Positions 54,191 to 64,000 of a stretch of 64,000 bases of DNA are shown here, in pieces. This DNA comes from an uncultured archaeon (GTDB lineage Archaea; Thermoproteota; Nitrososphaeria; Nitrososphaerales; Gagatemarchaeaceae), in contig CAWCYD010000003.1 of NCBI GenBank assembly GCA_963799775.1, positions 32,001 through 96,000 on the forward strand. The letters are read 5' to 3'. Position numbers and translations under genes: made by a program. The notes beneath the pieces are model-generated. The model was not told the DNA's origin. It made no database searches and worked only from the letters and a program-made list of their open reading frames with translations. Each line of letters starts with the position of its first letter. Position 1 is the first letter of the stretch.

Positions 54191-54808
54191 TCAAGGAGCC
54201 AACTCATCAAAGCGACACGTGGCCGCGGAGGAGGAACTACTGACAGCCGTCGATGAACTACTTGTCGTTGTCGTCGAACTTGACGGAGTGCCAATCGTCC
54301 CTACCAAGAGTGTCAGATTGGCGTTCTGGGTCACTCCGACACCGGTAACTACGAAATGAGCCTTCACAGTGTCCAAAGGCCATGCGGTCGAATTCACAGG
54401 GATCCCGAACTCAATCCCTTGACCCGGAGCCAAAGTTGCGTTTGCCGTCGGAACAGGAAATGATTCGAACGCGGACGACGTGACGTTTGTGGACATGGAC
54501 ACAGCAGTAAGATAAACTGGAGCGTTTCCATTGTTAATCGCCGTGACGTCGATTTCGTTCATCCCCCTGAGAAAGGGCACCTCGCAGGCACGACCCGGAA
54601 TCGGCGTCGCTGTGCAGTTTCCATTCGAGAAGTTGAACTCTACCAAGTTGGTTGGTCCCAGACTCGGTATGACTTCTAACGACTCTGTCTTCGGGGGATT
54701 CAATGCATCGTAATGCGCTAGTCCTATGCCACCAACTACGACGAGGAGGGCAATGATAGCAACGACCAAAGCGTAAAACGCAAGTCGGTCGCTAAATTTC
54801 ATCAGCAC
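54191..54808 (-). CDS. Membrane-anchored hypothetical surface protein
   Basis: N-terminal TM, Ig-like beta domain, Ser/Thr-rich tail. Confidence 0.6.
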   Translation of the reverse strand: MLMKFSDRLAFYALVVAIIALLVVVGGIGLAHYDALNPPKTESLEVIPSLGPTNLVEFNFSNGNCTATPIPGRACEVPFLRGMNEIDVTAINNGNAPVYLTAVSMSTNVTSSAFESFPVPTANATLAPGQGIEFGIPVNSTAWPLDTVKAHFVVTGVGVTQNANLTLLVGTIGTPSSSTTTTSSSSTAVSSSSSAATCRFDELAP

Positions 54809-54870
54809 GCCAATGGCGCAGGTTGGATATTAGACCTGCGCTCCGGAATTCCTGTAATTGTTTCTGCCGA

Positions 54871-55242
54871 CTATTCGCCGTAAAGATGGCTGCACCTAGT
54901 GCACCATCCGTTTGTCATCAGCCCTCCGCAGTTCTGGCACAAATTTGGAGGAAACCAAAGGAAAGACTGAGAGCCATCCAGTGAGGTTCCGGAGGCTATC
55001 ACCGGAGGGTTGGAGCGGAGATAATCCTGTGGGGAAGCATTGACTACATGGGGTTCCAGAACTACCACATCTGGCGCGGTGTATTTTATGAGTCGAACGT
55101 CAATCACTGTCGTCTTCAATCCGTCCAAGCTGGAAGGCAGCGTGCTGCTTGGAGGGAAAAGGTATGTCTGTTTGCATTTGGGGCAACTCTGGATTCCGGG
55201 CGACGTCTCGACGGTTTCTTCGTCGCAATCCGGGCACTTCAA
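54871..55242 (-). CDS. Small double zinc-ribbon protein
   Basis: CPDC..CPKC at the N-terminus, CQNC..CTRC at the C-terminus. Confidence 0.55.
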   Translation of the reverse strand: MKCPDCDEETVETSPGIQSCPKCKQTYLFPPSSTLPSSLDGLKTTVIDVRLIKYTAPDVVVLEPHVVNASPQDYLRSNPPVIASGTSLDGSQSFLWFPPNLCQNCGGLMTNGWCTRCSHLYGE

Positions 55243-55415
55243 TTTGCCTCAGTTTGAGATGTGAGGATTAAGTAATTAAGTTTGCACCCAAAAAGGCATG
55301 AGCGCCACTTGGACATTGACTATGGTCTTCTTGTGCAGATTCTCATTCTCATCGTCCTCATCGTCATCCCCTTTTCATCTACCGGCGCGACTCTGAGAGC
55401 AAGACCACCGACGTC

Positions 55416-55763
55416 TTGAGGCCGTATTTCGCCCAGCTAAAGCAGGGTTTGGAGGAAACTTCGGGGTCCGAAGACGCTCCTGCCTTTCACCATCGCATCT
55501 CAGACGTAACAGGCCCGTTCGCTGAAATGAAGAAAAAATCACTAGACCTAACTCTAAGGAAGAAGGCTCCGAAAGTCTGGTCGGACCTCAGCGGGATACA
55601 AGGCAAGATTGACGCAATCGCTAAGGCGTCTGACCCACACACGAACACGCCAGAGGGCTATTGGACGTTCTACGGTGACCTCCTAAAGAAGGAAGGGAAT
55701 CTCAAAACAGAACGAGACGAGCTGTATCGTGATGTAATGAGTTGGCTCGACAAGCATTCCTGA
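55416..55763 (+). CDS. Hypothetical helical protein (5' end uncertain)
   Basis: Open frame with amphipathic helices; no recognised motif. Confidence 0.4.
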   Translation: MRPYFAQLKQGLEETSGSEDAPAFHHRISDVTGPFAEMKKKSLDLTLRKKAPKVWSDLSGIQGKIDAIAKASDPHTNTPEGYWTFYGDLLKKEGNLKTERDELYRDVMSWLDKHS

Positions 55764-56028
55764 ATTTGTAAAACACTCTGACTCGCAGGTGTTCTCAGGA
55801 CCGGCGCTTTCTGCGGGAATCAGGCTCCGATGCCGATGGAGACGGTCACCTTGCTGCCCGGCGCTCACATCTTTTGGGGCTCTTCGAGTAGGTCTAGCAG
55901 TTGAATAGGCATGACCTCAAACCCTTCCGTCAAGGCACTAAGGTCGAGGATGAAACCTTCTGAGTCAACAGATGGCATGTCAGACATCGGGGTGCTCGCT
56001 CAGCATGGGCTAACTCTGGAGTTCCTTA

Positions 56029-56871
56029 TTAGGGCTTCTGAATTTGGGGTGCAGGGTCCGGAGTGGGATTGACATATTTCATTATATCGAGCTTCGAAAT
56101 CATACCCTCGACCTCTGACGTTGCCTTTCTTTCTTGTTCGAGCTTCTTCTGATACATTGATTCCAACTCGGTAACGACACTTTGCGGTAGGTGAATTATG
56201 TTGTCCTTTGTTACGACATACATGTCGGTCTCCAAGCCCACACCGGGCGCTTTCTCACTCCTTTTCTTTGCTTCAAACGCTATGGCCAGACCCTTGTTCA
56301 GAGAAACGTCTGAAGCGTGATTGTTTGCTATGAAAGCACTCGTGGCGTGGATCTCTCCCGACCCGACCGCGAGATATCCGATTGAGTCGAAATTGAACAC
56401 CTTGCCGGGGTTCTCCATTCGATAGATGTGACACCCCTTTTCGTCCACTCCTGCGATTATCATTGATAGGCGATAATCATACTTTGCCATATTCTGGATG
56501 ATGACGTTGACTAGGTTCGCATTGAGACCTTGTTGGGCTTGGTAGAAGTTCTGTAACGTAATCCCGAACGGGAATAGAACCTCCTCCTCTAGTTTCTTGT
56601 TCCTTGCGTTGAGATAAGCGGTGCGGGTGAATTCGACAATCTTGTCAATCTCCTTAGTTGGGTTGGTGACGATAGCGTTCCCCACCTCCTGAACTATGGG
56701 AGTAATTGCGAGCGCCGACCCTGCTGACGCAAACATGCAGTTTTTTGTTATTTGTTTAGCCTTTGGAAAAGGTGCCTCATATTCGATGTTGGGAGGCGAG
56801 ACGGTAACCATCCTATCAGTAATCAAAACGACATACTTGTTCTCGCATATTCCCGCGACGCAAATTGTCAA
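56029..56871 (-). CDS. Proteasome beta-like Ntn protease
   Basis: TTG start gives (M)TICVAG with N-terminal Thr; TDRMVT, AGS, IIAGVD, AVGSG, PGVG. Confidence 0.7.
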   Translation of the reverse strand: MTICVAGICENKYVVLITDRMVTVSPPNIEYEAPFPKAKQITKNCMFASAGSALAITPIVQEVGNAIVTNPTKEIDKIVEFTRTAYLNARNKKLEEEVLFPFGITLQNFYQAQQGLNANLVNVIIQNMAKYDYRLSMIIAGVDEKGCHIYRMENPGKVFNFDSIGYLAVGSGEIHATSAFIANNHASDVSLNKGLAIAFEAKKRSEKAPGVGLETDMYVVTKDNIIHLPQSVVTELESMYQKKLEQERKATSEVEGMISKLDIMKYVNPTPDPAPQIQKP

Positions 56872-57334
56872 GGTTGTTGTGACACCAAAGGAAGCGAGAC
56901 GAGAATGCCACCTCGCTATAGGTTTTGCCGAGCAACCGTCATGTGTCGTTTGAGGCGTCCCCAACCTCAATGTCGAAAGGGTAGGTATCTCGACTGCAAA
57001 GAGACTTGTTCATTCAAAAAGAAGGGGTGCCGGTGTCCTCAGCACAGGCACTTAGTCTTCGAGGATTCTCGATGCGCTGTCCAAGCCAGCCCCGAGGTTG
57101 TAGCCTCCGGTGAAGAAGCTCGAGCCAAACAGCCCATCGAGGCTTCTGAACGACCACTTCGGCTTGGGCTTGGGTTGGATCCACGACCGCCGCTTAATGC
57201 AAGAAAGGCGCGCGCTCCCGCAAGGCTGAAGGCATAACCTCGGCCAAGTCAGTCTTTGAGGTCGGCACCTGCCGAACAGCAGTCCGCGGCTTTCGTGCAA
57301 AATGCTTAATGGAATCCTCTCGCGTTAAACAACC

Positions 57335-57520
57335 ATGGGAAGAGCCGAGGTATTCGTTGCCGGTCTGACGATGTTCCTAGTCGGCTACGGGTTCTTCACT
57401 CGATTCTTCCCCAACGCGGCATACTCGTATTGACTGGCCGAAATAGTTGCCAATGGCACATTCTTCATGGGTCTAGGCGTGGTCTTCATGGCTTTGAGTG
57501 TGCTAGGTAAGGGACGATAA
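57335..57520 (+). pseudogene. Small two-TM protein with in-frame TGA at 57431
   Basis: MGRAEVFVAGLTMFLVGYGFF...SY*LAEIVANGTFFMGLGVVFMALSVLGKGR. Confidence 0.45.
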
Positions 57521-57527
57521 GCCAAAC

Positions 57528-57890
57528 TTGGGGGCAGCAGCAGAAGCCGCCTGCACCTCTTCGCTTTTTGCAGGCATTGTTTACGGAATCTATTTCGTCT
57601 CAGGCGTGGGAGTAGACCCGCAGGACCTCGCCGGAATGGTCTTTCAGGACATGGTAGGTCAACTCGCGCCACAGTATGACTCAGTTGTCGAGATTGCGCT
57701 GGTTCTCCTCCTAGTAGTGGGAGTCTGGCAAACAATTACACTGGTGGTTTCTGGCAGTGCCTTGGGCCCCGGGGGTCTTGCAATGACTCTACTGGCATTC
57801 TTCGGAGGAATAGCAATCTTCTTTCACACAACTCAAGAAGCTGGAGCTTTTATGATTCTTGCCGCCTTTATTCTGGGTGCGGTGCTCTAG
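57528..57890 (+). CDS. Small multi-pass membrane protein
   Basis: About four hydrophobic segments. Confidence 0.55.
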   Translation: MGAAAEAACTSSLFAGIVYGIYFVSGVGVDPQDLAGMVFQDMVGQLAPQYDSVVEIALVLLLVVGVWQTITLVVSGSALGPGGLAMTLLAFFGGIAIFFHTTQEAGAFMILAAFILGAVL

Positions 57891-57942
57891 TTACAACCGT
57901 TGCCCCGGATAGCGGAAAACACTTCTCGGTGGATTCATCACT

Positions 57943-58182
57943 TCACCTATGGGAGGCATGAGCCCCATGTGCTCCTTCACAGTAGGTGCGCTTGTCGGTC
58001 GCCAAGTCTTTGAGATATCGCGGAGCAAGAGTCTCCGCGTCTCCCTTCGGTCCGTAGACAGAGGCCAAGAAATGAGTCACTTCGCTCTTGTAGACCTTTG
58101 CTGTGCCGGGGCTGTCCTGTCGGAGACCCTCCATCCATTCGTCGTAGGTCTTCGACTTCCCCACGGCCTGAATCCTGCTCAT
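57943..58182 (-). pseudogene. Remnant of an integrase N-terminal (SAM-like) domain
   Basis: EWMEGL..SPGTAKVYKSEVTHFL pattern; no catalytic domain follows. Confidence 0.5.
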
Positions 58183-58331
58183 AAAACCGCAGAGGACTCA
58201 TTGAACACTTGTGTCCTTCTGTTATTAACCTAGATTTAGAAGGTTTACCAAACTTTACCACACCATCAAACCTTGTTGTCTGGGCTCGGTATCTCCGCAT
58301 CGTAGCGTATCGTGTGTCAAGAGATCACGAC

Positions 58332-59075
58332 ATGAGCAAATTCGAGAAGAACTGGAAACCGGCGGCATCGTCGGGAAGCTTCGGACAAAAGACCCGGGAT
58401 ACCATCAGAGGCCCGCAGCCCCTGAAGCCCCAGATCCAAAAGGCAACTGGCCAACTCAACCAGGAGGTCCATCGCTTGGACGGCGCCCTCGGCCGCCTGA
58501 AGCAGAGGGAGACATCGATCTTCAAGAAGACGGTCGCGGCGGTCCAGCACCACGACGAGGCCACGAGCAAGGCCTACTCGAACGAGCTCGCCGAGATCAA
58601 GAAGATGACGAAGATCGTCACCCAATCAAAGATAGCTCTTGAGCAGATAACAATGCGACTGCAGACCGTCACCGAGTTCGGCGACTTCACCGCAGTCCTC
58701 GCACCGGCAATCGGCGTGATCAGGAACGTCCGCGCGTCGCTCTCGACAGCGCTACCAGACGCCCAAGGTGCGCTAGGAGATATCGGCACCGAACTGAGCA
58801 CAATGATGACGGACGTCGGCGGACTCACGGGCGCGAACTTCTTCCAGAGCGGCGAGTCCTCGGAAGAGGCGGACAAGATCATGGCAGAGGCTGCCGCGAT
58901 CGCCGAGAAGCGCATGGGCGAGACCTTCCCAGAGGTTGCCCGTCGGCGCAAGACGAGTCCATCTTCAGCAGCGGAAGCTAGCCAAGTTAGTAGAGTGCTA
59001 GAGGCGTCATCCGGTCGCCATCTTAGGCGGCCGGGTGAACCCCTTAAATTTTCGGGCGGAAAGGAAAGGGAATAA
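58332..59075 (+). CDS. ESCRT-III/Snf7 cell division protein, CdvB-like
   Basis: PLKPQI...YSNELAEIKK...ALEQITMRLQTV.EFGD...EEADKIMAEA; C-terminus possibly frameshifted. Confidence 0.88.
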   Translation: MSKFEKNWKPAASSGSFGQKTRDTIRGPQPLKPQIQKATGQLNQEVHRLDGALGRLKQRETSIFKKTVAAVQHHDEATSKAYSNELAEIKKMTKIVTQSKIALEQITMRLQTVTEFGDFTAVLAPAIGVIRNVRASLSTALPDAQGALGDIGTELSTMMTDVGGLTGANFFQSGESSEEADKIMAEAAAIAEKRMGETFPEVARRRKTSPSSAAEASQVSRVLEASSGRHLRRPGEPLKFSGGKERE

Positions 59076-59198
59076 ATTCAGAATACCTGTATCTTTTGCA
59101 AAAGATTACTGGGTGTTTGAGACCCTATTCAGAGTAAGGATTTACGGACCTTGATGGTGTTCCATAGGTGATTATATTCTCTAAGAGTGTTATAGGCC

Positions 59199-62087
59199 GT
59201 GGTTACCTTGGTCGGAGAGAAGAGAAGCCTCAAGCTTCTCAGTATGATCTTGCCGATGGTTCTTCTGATGCAACCGTTCACTGCTCTTAGCCCATCGTTC
59301 TTCTCCTCAACTCCTTACCCGAGCACTCCTTCCCCGAGCACTCCTTCCCCGAGCAATGCCTTGTCACCCTCAAACATTGCGGCGGTTCCGGCTCAGGGCG
59401 CTACTTCTCCGATGGTGGTGCAAACCCAGGATTACAACTTCAGGACTTCTACTCATGAGACATCTACGGGTGGAGACTACATCTTTGTGACGCCGGCAGG
59501 GAATTACTCTTTCTCAACACAGCTTCCTTGGGCGATGGGTTATCTTTCCCGATGGGGAAACAAGACTGACTTTTCGACATATGGGATTCGGAACGGAGAC
59601 GGAACATTCCTCACCCCTGGGACTTTCGCGGTTCATGTCACCCAGACTACTATCACGGTCAATTCGACAGAGTTGAATTCTGATGCATCCCTGCGCGGTT
59701 ACCTTGCTTGCAAATACGATTTCGCCCAGACGCCCGAAAAGACTTCGTGCAACTATAGTCCAGTTAAGGGAGTCATCGCCGACTTCAACATTGCATGGTT
59801 TACAAGCGCGGACTACGTCAGCGTCGGTGGTGGAACAACGGGGTCAGCTGCCCAAAACGGGCTGACGAGCGTTGGCAACTTCACACATGCTATAGTAGGT
59901 TCTCAATCAGAAGCCTCAAACTGGAGAATGGTGCTGTCCTTGAACTGGGGAGATTACGGACCTGCTTCGGTACAAGTCGGCCCATTTACCTACGCAGGCT
60001 CCGCTCACAACGGCGTCCTAGTACAATTTGCTCGGAACACGTCAGCCGTAGACCCTAGCCTCGTCCAGCATTACGAGGGGACGGGTAGTTGTACGCTGGG
60101 AAGCGTCTCAAGTGGAGATGTCCTCATCCTAGTAACAACCAAGACAGCAACGCCGACAGATACTCGCTCGACTTCATTCTCCCAACAGGCAGGCGTAAGC
60201 ACGACAGGAAGTTATGGCACTTCGTACGCCTACATCTTCTCGGGTAACCTGCCTTCTAGCGGAAGCGGAGATACGATATCTCAAACCGGAGGAAGCGCTC
60301 CGCCTGATGGCACCAACTCGGAGTGTTTCGAGGTCTCAGGAATTGCGGCGACTGCGAACCACGTACCATCGAATTACGGGAATCTTGTGTCCAACACGCC
60401 CGGCACCTCATCAGTCTCATCATTCACGCCCGCATCTTCAGAGTTTGTCATCGCCATCGTCGATGGCCTAACCTGCAACGAAGATGGCACCTTCGGTAGC
60501 GGCACGTCCGGTTGGACGGTCGGTTCTTTCAGCGCAGGCTATAGCCAACAAATCGACCCGAACGGATGCTATCATGGCTGGCTGGACACTTCAGACAACA
60601 TCTTTGACGAATATCTGACCTCATGGGGTAGCGGTTCAACGACAGCCGGCATATCCAATGGTGGCGATGGCCTTTGCGGTGGGTGTGGAAGTGTTTGGGA
60701 TGAGGCTGTGGCGGCATTCCCAATAACCGTCACACAGCCGCTGACGGGAACACTGAGCAGCACTTATGGAGGATCAACGCAAACCGTTACCACCTCAGGA
60801 TGTTCTGCCTTCCCATCAACCTTCTCAGGCGATAACACGCAGCACAATATTGCAATGTTGCCTAGCTGCGTCTACACTCTCAGCATTCCTAGCGGGTATC
60901 AGTGGACTGGTTCAAGTTCTGGCACCACGTGTTCCTCAGGCACCTGCAGTTCCTTTGGCTATACTTACGAGAAAAGCCCTGTCACACAGCCTATCAACGC
61001 AACTCTAGTTACGGATGAGGCAGGTGGGGCTATACAAGACATCACGCTATCGGGATGCGGCACGAATGTTTCCAATTTCAGCGGAAATAGCGCCGACCAC
61101 AATGTCACGATGGCTGCGTCCTGCTCGCTGACGGCTGGTGTTCCGACCGGATACACGTGGATGGGAAATGCGACCACCATGCCCCTCACTCCCTCCTGTC
61201 CTTCCGGTTCATGTGGAGTCAACGCGGTTCAGTACCTCAAAATCATTCCCTTCATCGCAGGTTTCGCATCTGGTATTTCGTCTAGCGGCAGCAATTACAC
61301 AAGAGTAAACGCTGTTCAGGTGACAGCTAGCCTCCGCGGAACCACGGCGTCAGATCTTCAGAGCAACAATACTCTTTTCGCGGGGATGTGGGCCACTGGC
61401 TTCTCATCTTCCGTCGATTATAGAGACTATGGGTTCCAAGCCTACATGAAGCTTGAAGGTTCGGGAACGAAGGTGCTCGCTGCAGAGGTCGACCGGATAT
61501 GCGAAGGGGTCCCACCGTTGTCAGGAGCGTCCTGTGGGCACAATAACAGTTGGGTGGACCATCTGTTTGTTAGCCAACCAACAGCCTCCTTCTCCTCGAC
61601 TGACAACGTGACATTGGAAATGAAATGGTCGGGCTCAACTGTGAATTGGTACTACCAAATAAACGGAGGTACCAACAGTTCCTATGCTTCGTACAACATG
61701 AACACCTTTGCCTCTGATGCCAATCATTATTTCGTAGTCGGAACAATCTGTTGCCATCCCGCTGGCGGTAGCATTACGTATCGTCATATCGCAAAATATT
61801 TCGAGTTCGGAATAGGGAGTGCGCGCAACATAGGGAATACGGGTTGGAAAGCCGGAATCTACAATCCTCGCTACAACAACGGTTCAGGATGGACTTCCAT
61901 TGCGCAAGCAACCTCCGTGATGGGGAGTAATGCGTATCTCGACTTTGCAGTTAGATGGGGGGGAGGAGATTACACAGGAGTCAGCGTTTGTTACGCAGAC
62001 AATTCGAGTTGCTCTTTGCCGAGCGACGACATTACGTTTAGTTCTTCCACGACGACTCTTTCCGATGGAACCAGGTTGTGGGGATAG
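59199..62087 (+). CDS. Large secreted multidomain Ser/Thr/Gly/Cys-rich protein
   Basis: Signal-like N-terminus, two tandem ~85-aa 4-Cys repeats, distinct C-terminal beta domain. Confidence 0.8.
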   Translation: MVTLVGEKRSLKLLSMILPMVLLMQPFTALSPSFFSSTPYPSTPSPSTPSPSNALSPSNIAAVPAQGATSPMVVQTQDYNFRTSTHETSTGGDYIFVTPAGNYSFSTQLPWAMGYLSRWGNKTDFSTYGIRNGDGTFLTPGTFAVHVTQTTITVNSTELNSDASLRGYLACKYDFAQTPEKTSCNYSPVKGVIADFNIAWFTSADYVSVGGGTTGSAAQNGLTSVGNFTHAIVGSQSEASNWRMVLSLNWGDYGPASVQVGPFTYAGSAHNGVLVQFARNTSAVDPSLVQHYEGTGSCTLGSVSSGDVLILVTTKTATPTDTRSTSFSQQAGVSTTGSYGTSYAYIFSGNLPSSGSGDTISQTGGSAPPDGTNSECFEVSGIAATANHVPSNYGNLVSNTPGTSSVSSFTPASSEFVIAIVDGLTCNEDGTFGSGTSGWTVGSFSAGYSQQIDPNGCYHGWLDTSDNIFDEYLTSWGSGSTTAGISNGGDGLCGGCGSVWDEAVAAFPITVTQPLTGTLSSTYGGSTQTVTTSGCSAFPSTFSGDNTQHNIAMLPSCVYTLSIPSGYQWTGSSSGTTCSSGTCSSFGYTYEKSPVTQPINATLVTDEAGGAIQDITLSGCGTNVSNFSGNSADHNVTMAASCSLTAGVPTGYTWMGNATTMPLTPSCPSGSCGVNAVQYLKIIPFIAGFASGISSSGSNYTRVNAVQVTASLRGTTASDLQSNNTLFAGMWATGFSSSVDYRDYGFQAYMKLEGSGTKVLAAEVDRICEGVPPLSGASCGHNNSWVDHLFVSQPTASFSSTDNVTLEMKWSGSTVNWYYQINGGTNSSYASYNMNTFASDANHYFVVGTICCHPAGGSITYRHIAKYFEFGIGSARNIGNTGWKAGIYNPRYNNGSGWTSIAQATSVMGSNAYLDFAVRWGGGDYTGVSVCYADNSSCSLPSDDITFSSSTTTLSDGTRLWG
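59310..59354 (+). repeat. 3 x 15-bp tandem repeat encoding TP(Y/S)PS
   Basis: ACTCCTTACCCGAGC followed by ACTCCTTCCCCGAGC twice. Confidence 0.85.
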
Positions 62088-62509
62088 TAAGAAATAGGAG
62101 CGGGCTTGGATTGGCAGGGACTGGAATGACATCGAGAATCTGGATCTTCAGGTCCCTCGCATTGGTAGGTTTGTTATTGCCTATTCTCACCGTTGGAATG
62201 TCCGGATTGGGTATTCTTTCTCCTGTTCCTGTTGAACCATGGGCAGACATATGGTACTGGATAGCGATTCTCACTCTCTTCGTGTCTCCATTCCTTGTCT
62301 TTCTTTACTTTCTCGGAACTGCTGGTCTGAGGCACACTGTTACGAAGATAATTTTGGCCGCCCTTGAAGTTGCTTTATATTCGATATACTGGGAGTTCTT
62401 CTACGTCGATGCGGGTTTCTTCCCTATGCTTTTCCCGCCACTCTTGACTTTCCTAGCTGGGATGGGTTTGAAAGCGTTCGAATCGACGTCATCTTCAAGA
62501 TTCAATTAG
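62078..62509 (+). CDS. Four-TM membrane protein, paralog 1
   Basis: LGILSPVPVEPWADI motif shared with the next gene. Confidence 0.7.
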   Translation: MGIVRNRSGLGLAGTGMTSRIWIFRSLALVGLLLPILTVGMSGLGILSPVPVEPWADIWYWIAILTLFVSPFLVFLYFLGTAGLRHTVTKIILAALEVALYSIYWEFFYVDAGFFPMLFPPLLTFLAGMGLKAFESTSSSRFN

Positions 62510-62637
62510 GCGATATCTGCCTGCGTTTTCGCATCGCGACGAAGTTAGCCTGTCATCTTTCTTCCACAAACGACCCTTGCGGATTTGACCAGATTGCGGG
62601 AATGGGCAATGCATAAAGAAAAGGAAGGAGTCTAACC

Positions 62638-63069
62638 TTGGCAGAGGGACGTTTGACCCTTCTCAAGCAAGAAGGACAACCCCGATTCCCCAGTCCACTT
62701 CTACTATTGGGACTGGTCGCCTCATTTGTGGCGGCAGTACTTTACGCTGTTTTTGCTTTGCTCGGATTCATGAGTCCCGTCTTTGTGGACCCTTGGGCCG
62801 AGGTGCTTGCGCTCTTCATGTTGCTTGCTATTAGTATCACACCCGTATCAATACCAGTCTATTTCTTCAACTACAGGAGAATCACGGCGACAAGAGACAA
62901 GATTGTTCTTATCGCTGTCGACGTGCTTTTTTATGCAGCGGCGCTAGTAGTTCCCCTCGGACTTTATTTCCCCGTTTTTCCCGTTGCTCTGTGGATTCTA
63001 GCGCCTATGGGAGTAATATCTTTTGGCCTATTGCTTCAGCGAAGTGGATTCAGAGTCCGCGCGACATAG
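62638..63069 (+). CDS. Four-TM membrane protein, paralog 2
   Basis: LGFMSPVFVDPWAEV motif. Confidence 0.7.
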   Translation: MAEGRLTLLKQEGQPRFPSPLLLLGLVASFVAAVLYAVFALLGFMSPVFVDPWAEVLALFMLLAISITPVSIPVYFFNYRRITATRDKIVLIAVDVLFYAAALVVPLGLYFPVFPVALWILAPMGVISFGLLLQRSGFRVRAT

Positions 63070-63269
63070 CTCGCCAATGTCGTGACCAACTATCGTATCA
63101 GAGCATAACATAACCTTAAGTAAATTTCATCCCATTCCTCCGTCATGAGCAACCCAATCAGACAGGCTGCCAAGAATCAGAAGAGCCCGAAGATTGGGGC
63201 GGATTCACCTTCAGGCATCTTAGGCGGCCGGGTGGCTCCTTCACCACCGTTCCAAGCTTGGTCATTACT

Positions 63270-63980
63270 TCATTTGTTCGCACTCCATAGCAGTTCGAGG
63301 AACTGCATGAAGTGACTCGCGACCGCGCTGCTCTCCACCCAGCCAGCCGCGGATAGGTCTGGCAGGCCTATGAGCGCTGTGCTGTCGTCCACCAAGAGGT
63401 CGAAGGCGACTATGTTGCCGGTCCTTGCCTCTATCCTCGGAGGCAGCCCCTTCACGTCCTTCTGGTCGGTCATCAAGCGAATCTTCACGCCGCGTGACAC
63501 CGCCTTGCGGATCTCCTCCAGGAGCGCCTCGGACCCTTCGATCGTCTCAGCCGGGGTGACGAGCATCATGCTCTCTCTCGCCCCTTTGATCATCTCCACG
63601 AGCTTGGAGAGGACGCGGTCCCTGCCCCTGAGAGTATAGACCAACTCGGCCTGGTCAGTCGGCGTGGACTTGTACATCTCCTCCAGAGACTGGAAGGTCT
63701 CCTTCAGCTTGGACTGGATCTCCCCGAATATCGTCTCGGGGTCTCTTGCCCTATACACGACAGGCCTTCGGGTGACGAGCTCTACCCACCCGAGGTCGGC
63801 AAGTCGACGCAGGGCCTCGTATGCGCTTGGATACGGCACCGATGCCTTGGAGGCGACCTTTCTCGGGTCGCTCGGGCCCATCTTCACCAGGAACACGTAG
63901 CATTTCGCCTCGTAGCTGGTGAGCCCAAGTTTCCTCAGCTCCTTCGAGAGTCCGTCTTCCTTCTCAGGCAAGGCGCGCAA
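63270..63980 (-). CDS. TrmB family transcriptional regulator
   Basis: LRKLGLTSYEAKCY...VPYPSAYEALRRL..LGWV...RPVVYRA; C-terminal effector domain. Confidence 0.9.
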   Translation of the reverse strand: MRALPEKEDGLSKELRKLGLTSYEAKCYVFLVKMGPSDPRKVASKASVPYPSAYEALRRLADLGWVELVTRRPVVYRARDPETIFGEIQSKLKETFQSLEEMYKSTPTDQAELVYTLRGRDRVLSKLVEMIKGARESMMLVTPAETIEGSEALLEEIRKAVSRGVKIRLMTDQKDVKGLPPRIEARTGNIVAFDLLVDDSTALIGLPDLSAAGWVESSAVASHFMQFLELLWSANK

Positions 63981-64000
63981 GACCTCGAAGTGTCACCGTA

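Larger units (their letters stand above)
59019..63234. mobile_element. Cassette flanked by a 19-bp direct repeat, no recombinase inside
   Basis: CATCTTAGGCGGCCGGGTG at 59019-59037 and 63216-63234; interior visibly AT-richer than flanks. Confidence 0.7.

Noticed and set aside
57431-57433. In-frame TGA as selenocysteine or recoding
   Set aside because: Hydrophobic membrane context, no redox motif or SECIS evident; more likely TGG-to-TGA decay or an error.
54140-58255. Possible island ends: ACCAAACTT direct repeat (54140, 58247) and CTAAATCT/AGATTTAG inverted repeat (54155, 58232)
   Set aside because: Only 8-9 bp in AT-rich sequence; too short to call as att sites or TIRs without comparative data.
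59310-59354. Short tandem repeat as a possible CRISPR
   Set aside because: No spacers; in-frame 15-bp coding repeat; no cas genes in the window.

Overview
GC-rich archaeal window, most likely a non-ammonia-oxidising Nitrososphaerota/Thaumarchaeota relative. This is inferred from the CdvB/ESCRT-III gene, archaeal-type nuoA-D, geranylgeranyl reductase, TrmB and AlaX. Many genes carry single-base frameshifts, probably assembly indels. The main feature is a ~23 kb carbon-metabolism locus. It starts with a bacterial-like malQ-glgP-glgX-ackA-xfp block, followed by ribose-1,5-bisphosphate isomerase and an atypical PRPP synthetase. Next is a divergent form III-like RuBisCO that retains the core catalytic motifs and is followed by an unannotated 56-aa Cys-rich gene with its own RBS. 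Transcribed divergently from RuBisCO are an HldE/PfkB kinase, a split transketolase, Rpe and transaldolase. LutC/LutB, a glyoxylate-type aminotransferase and a degenerate Hsp70 come after these. No PRK or AMP phosphorylase lies in the window, which suggests a PRK-independent RuBP-regenerating pathway. Other highlights: a 409-aa LAGLIDADG intein inserted at an N2 Fe-S ligand Cys of NuoB; an IS630 whose terminal repeats enclose two cargo genes; an integrase element at tRNA-Arg(CCT) with a highly structured DNA segment; and a 19-bp direct-repeat-flanked cassette. The three mobile units each carry a secreted Cys-rich protein plus partner gene(s).
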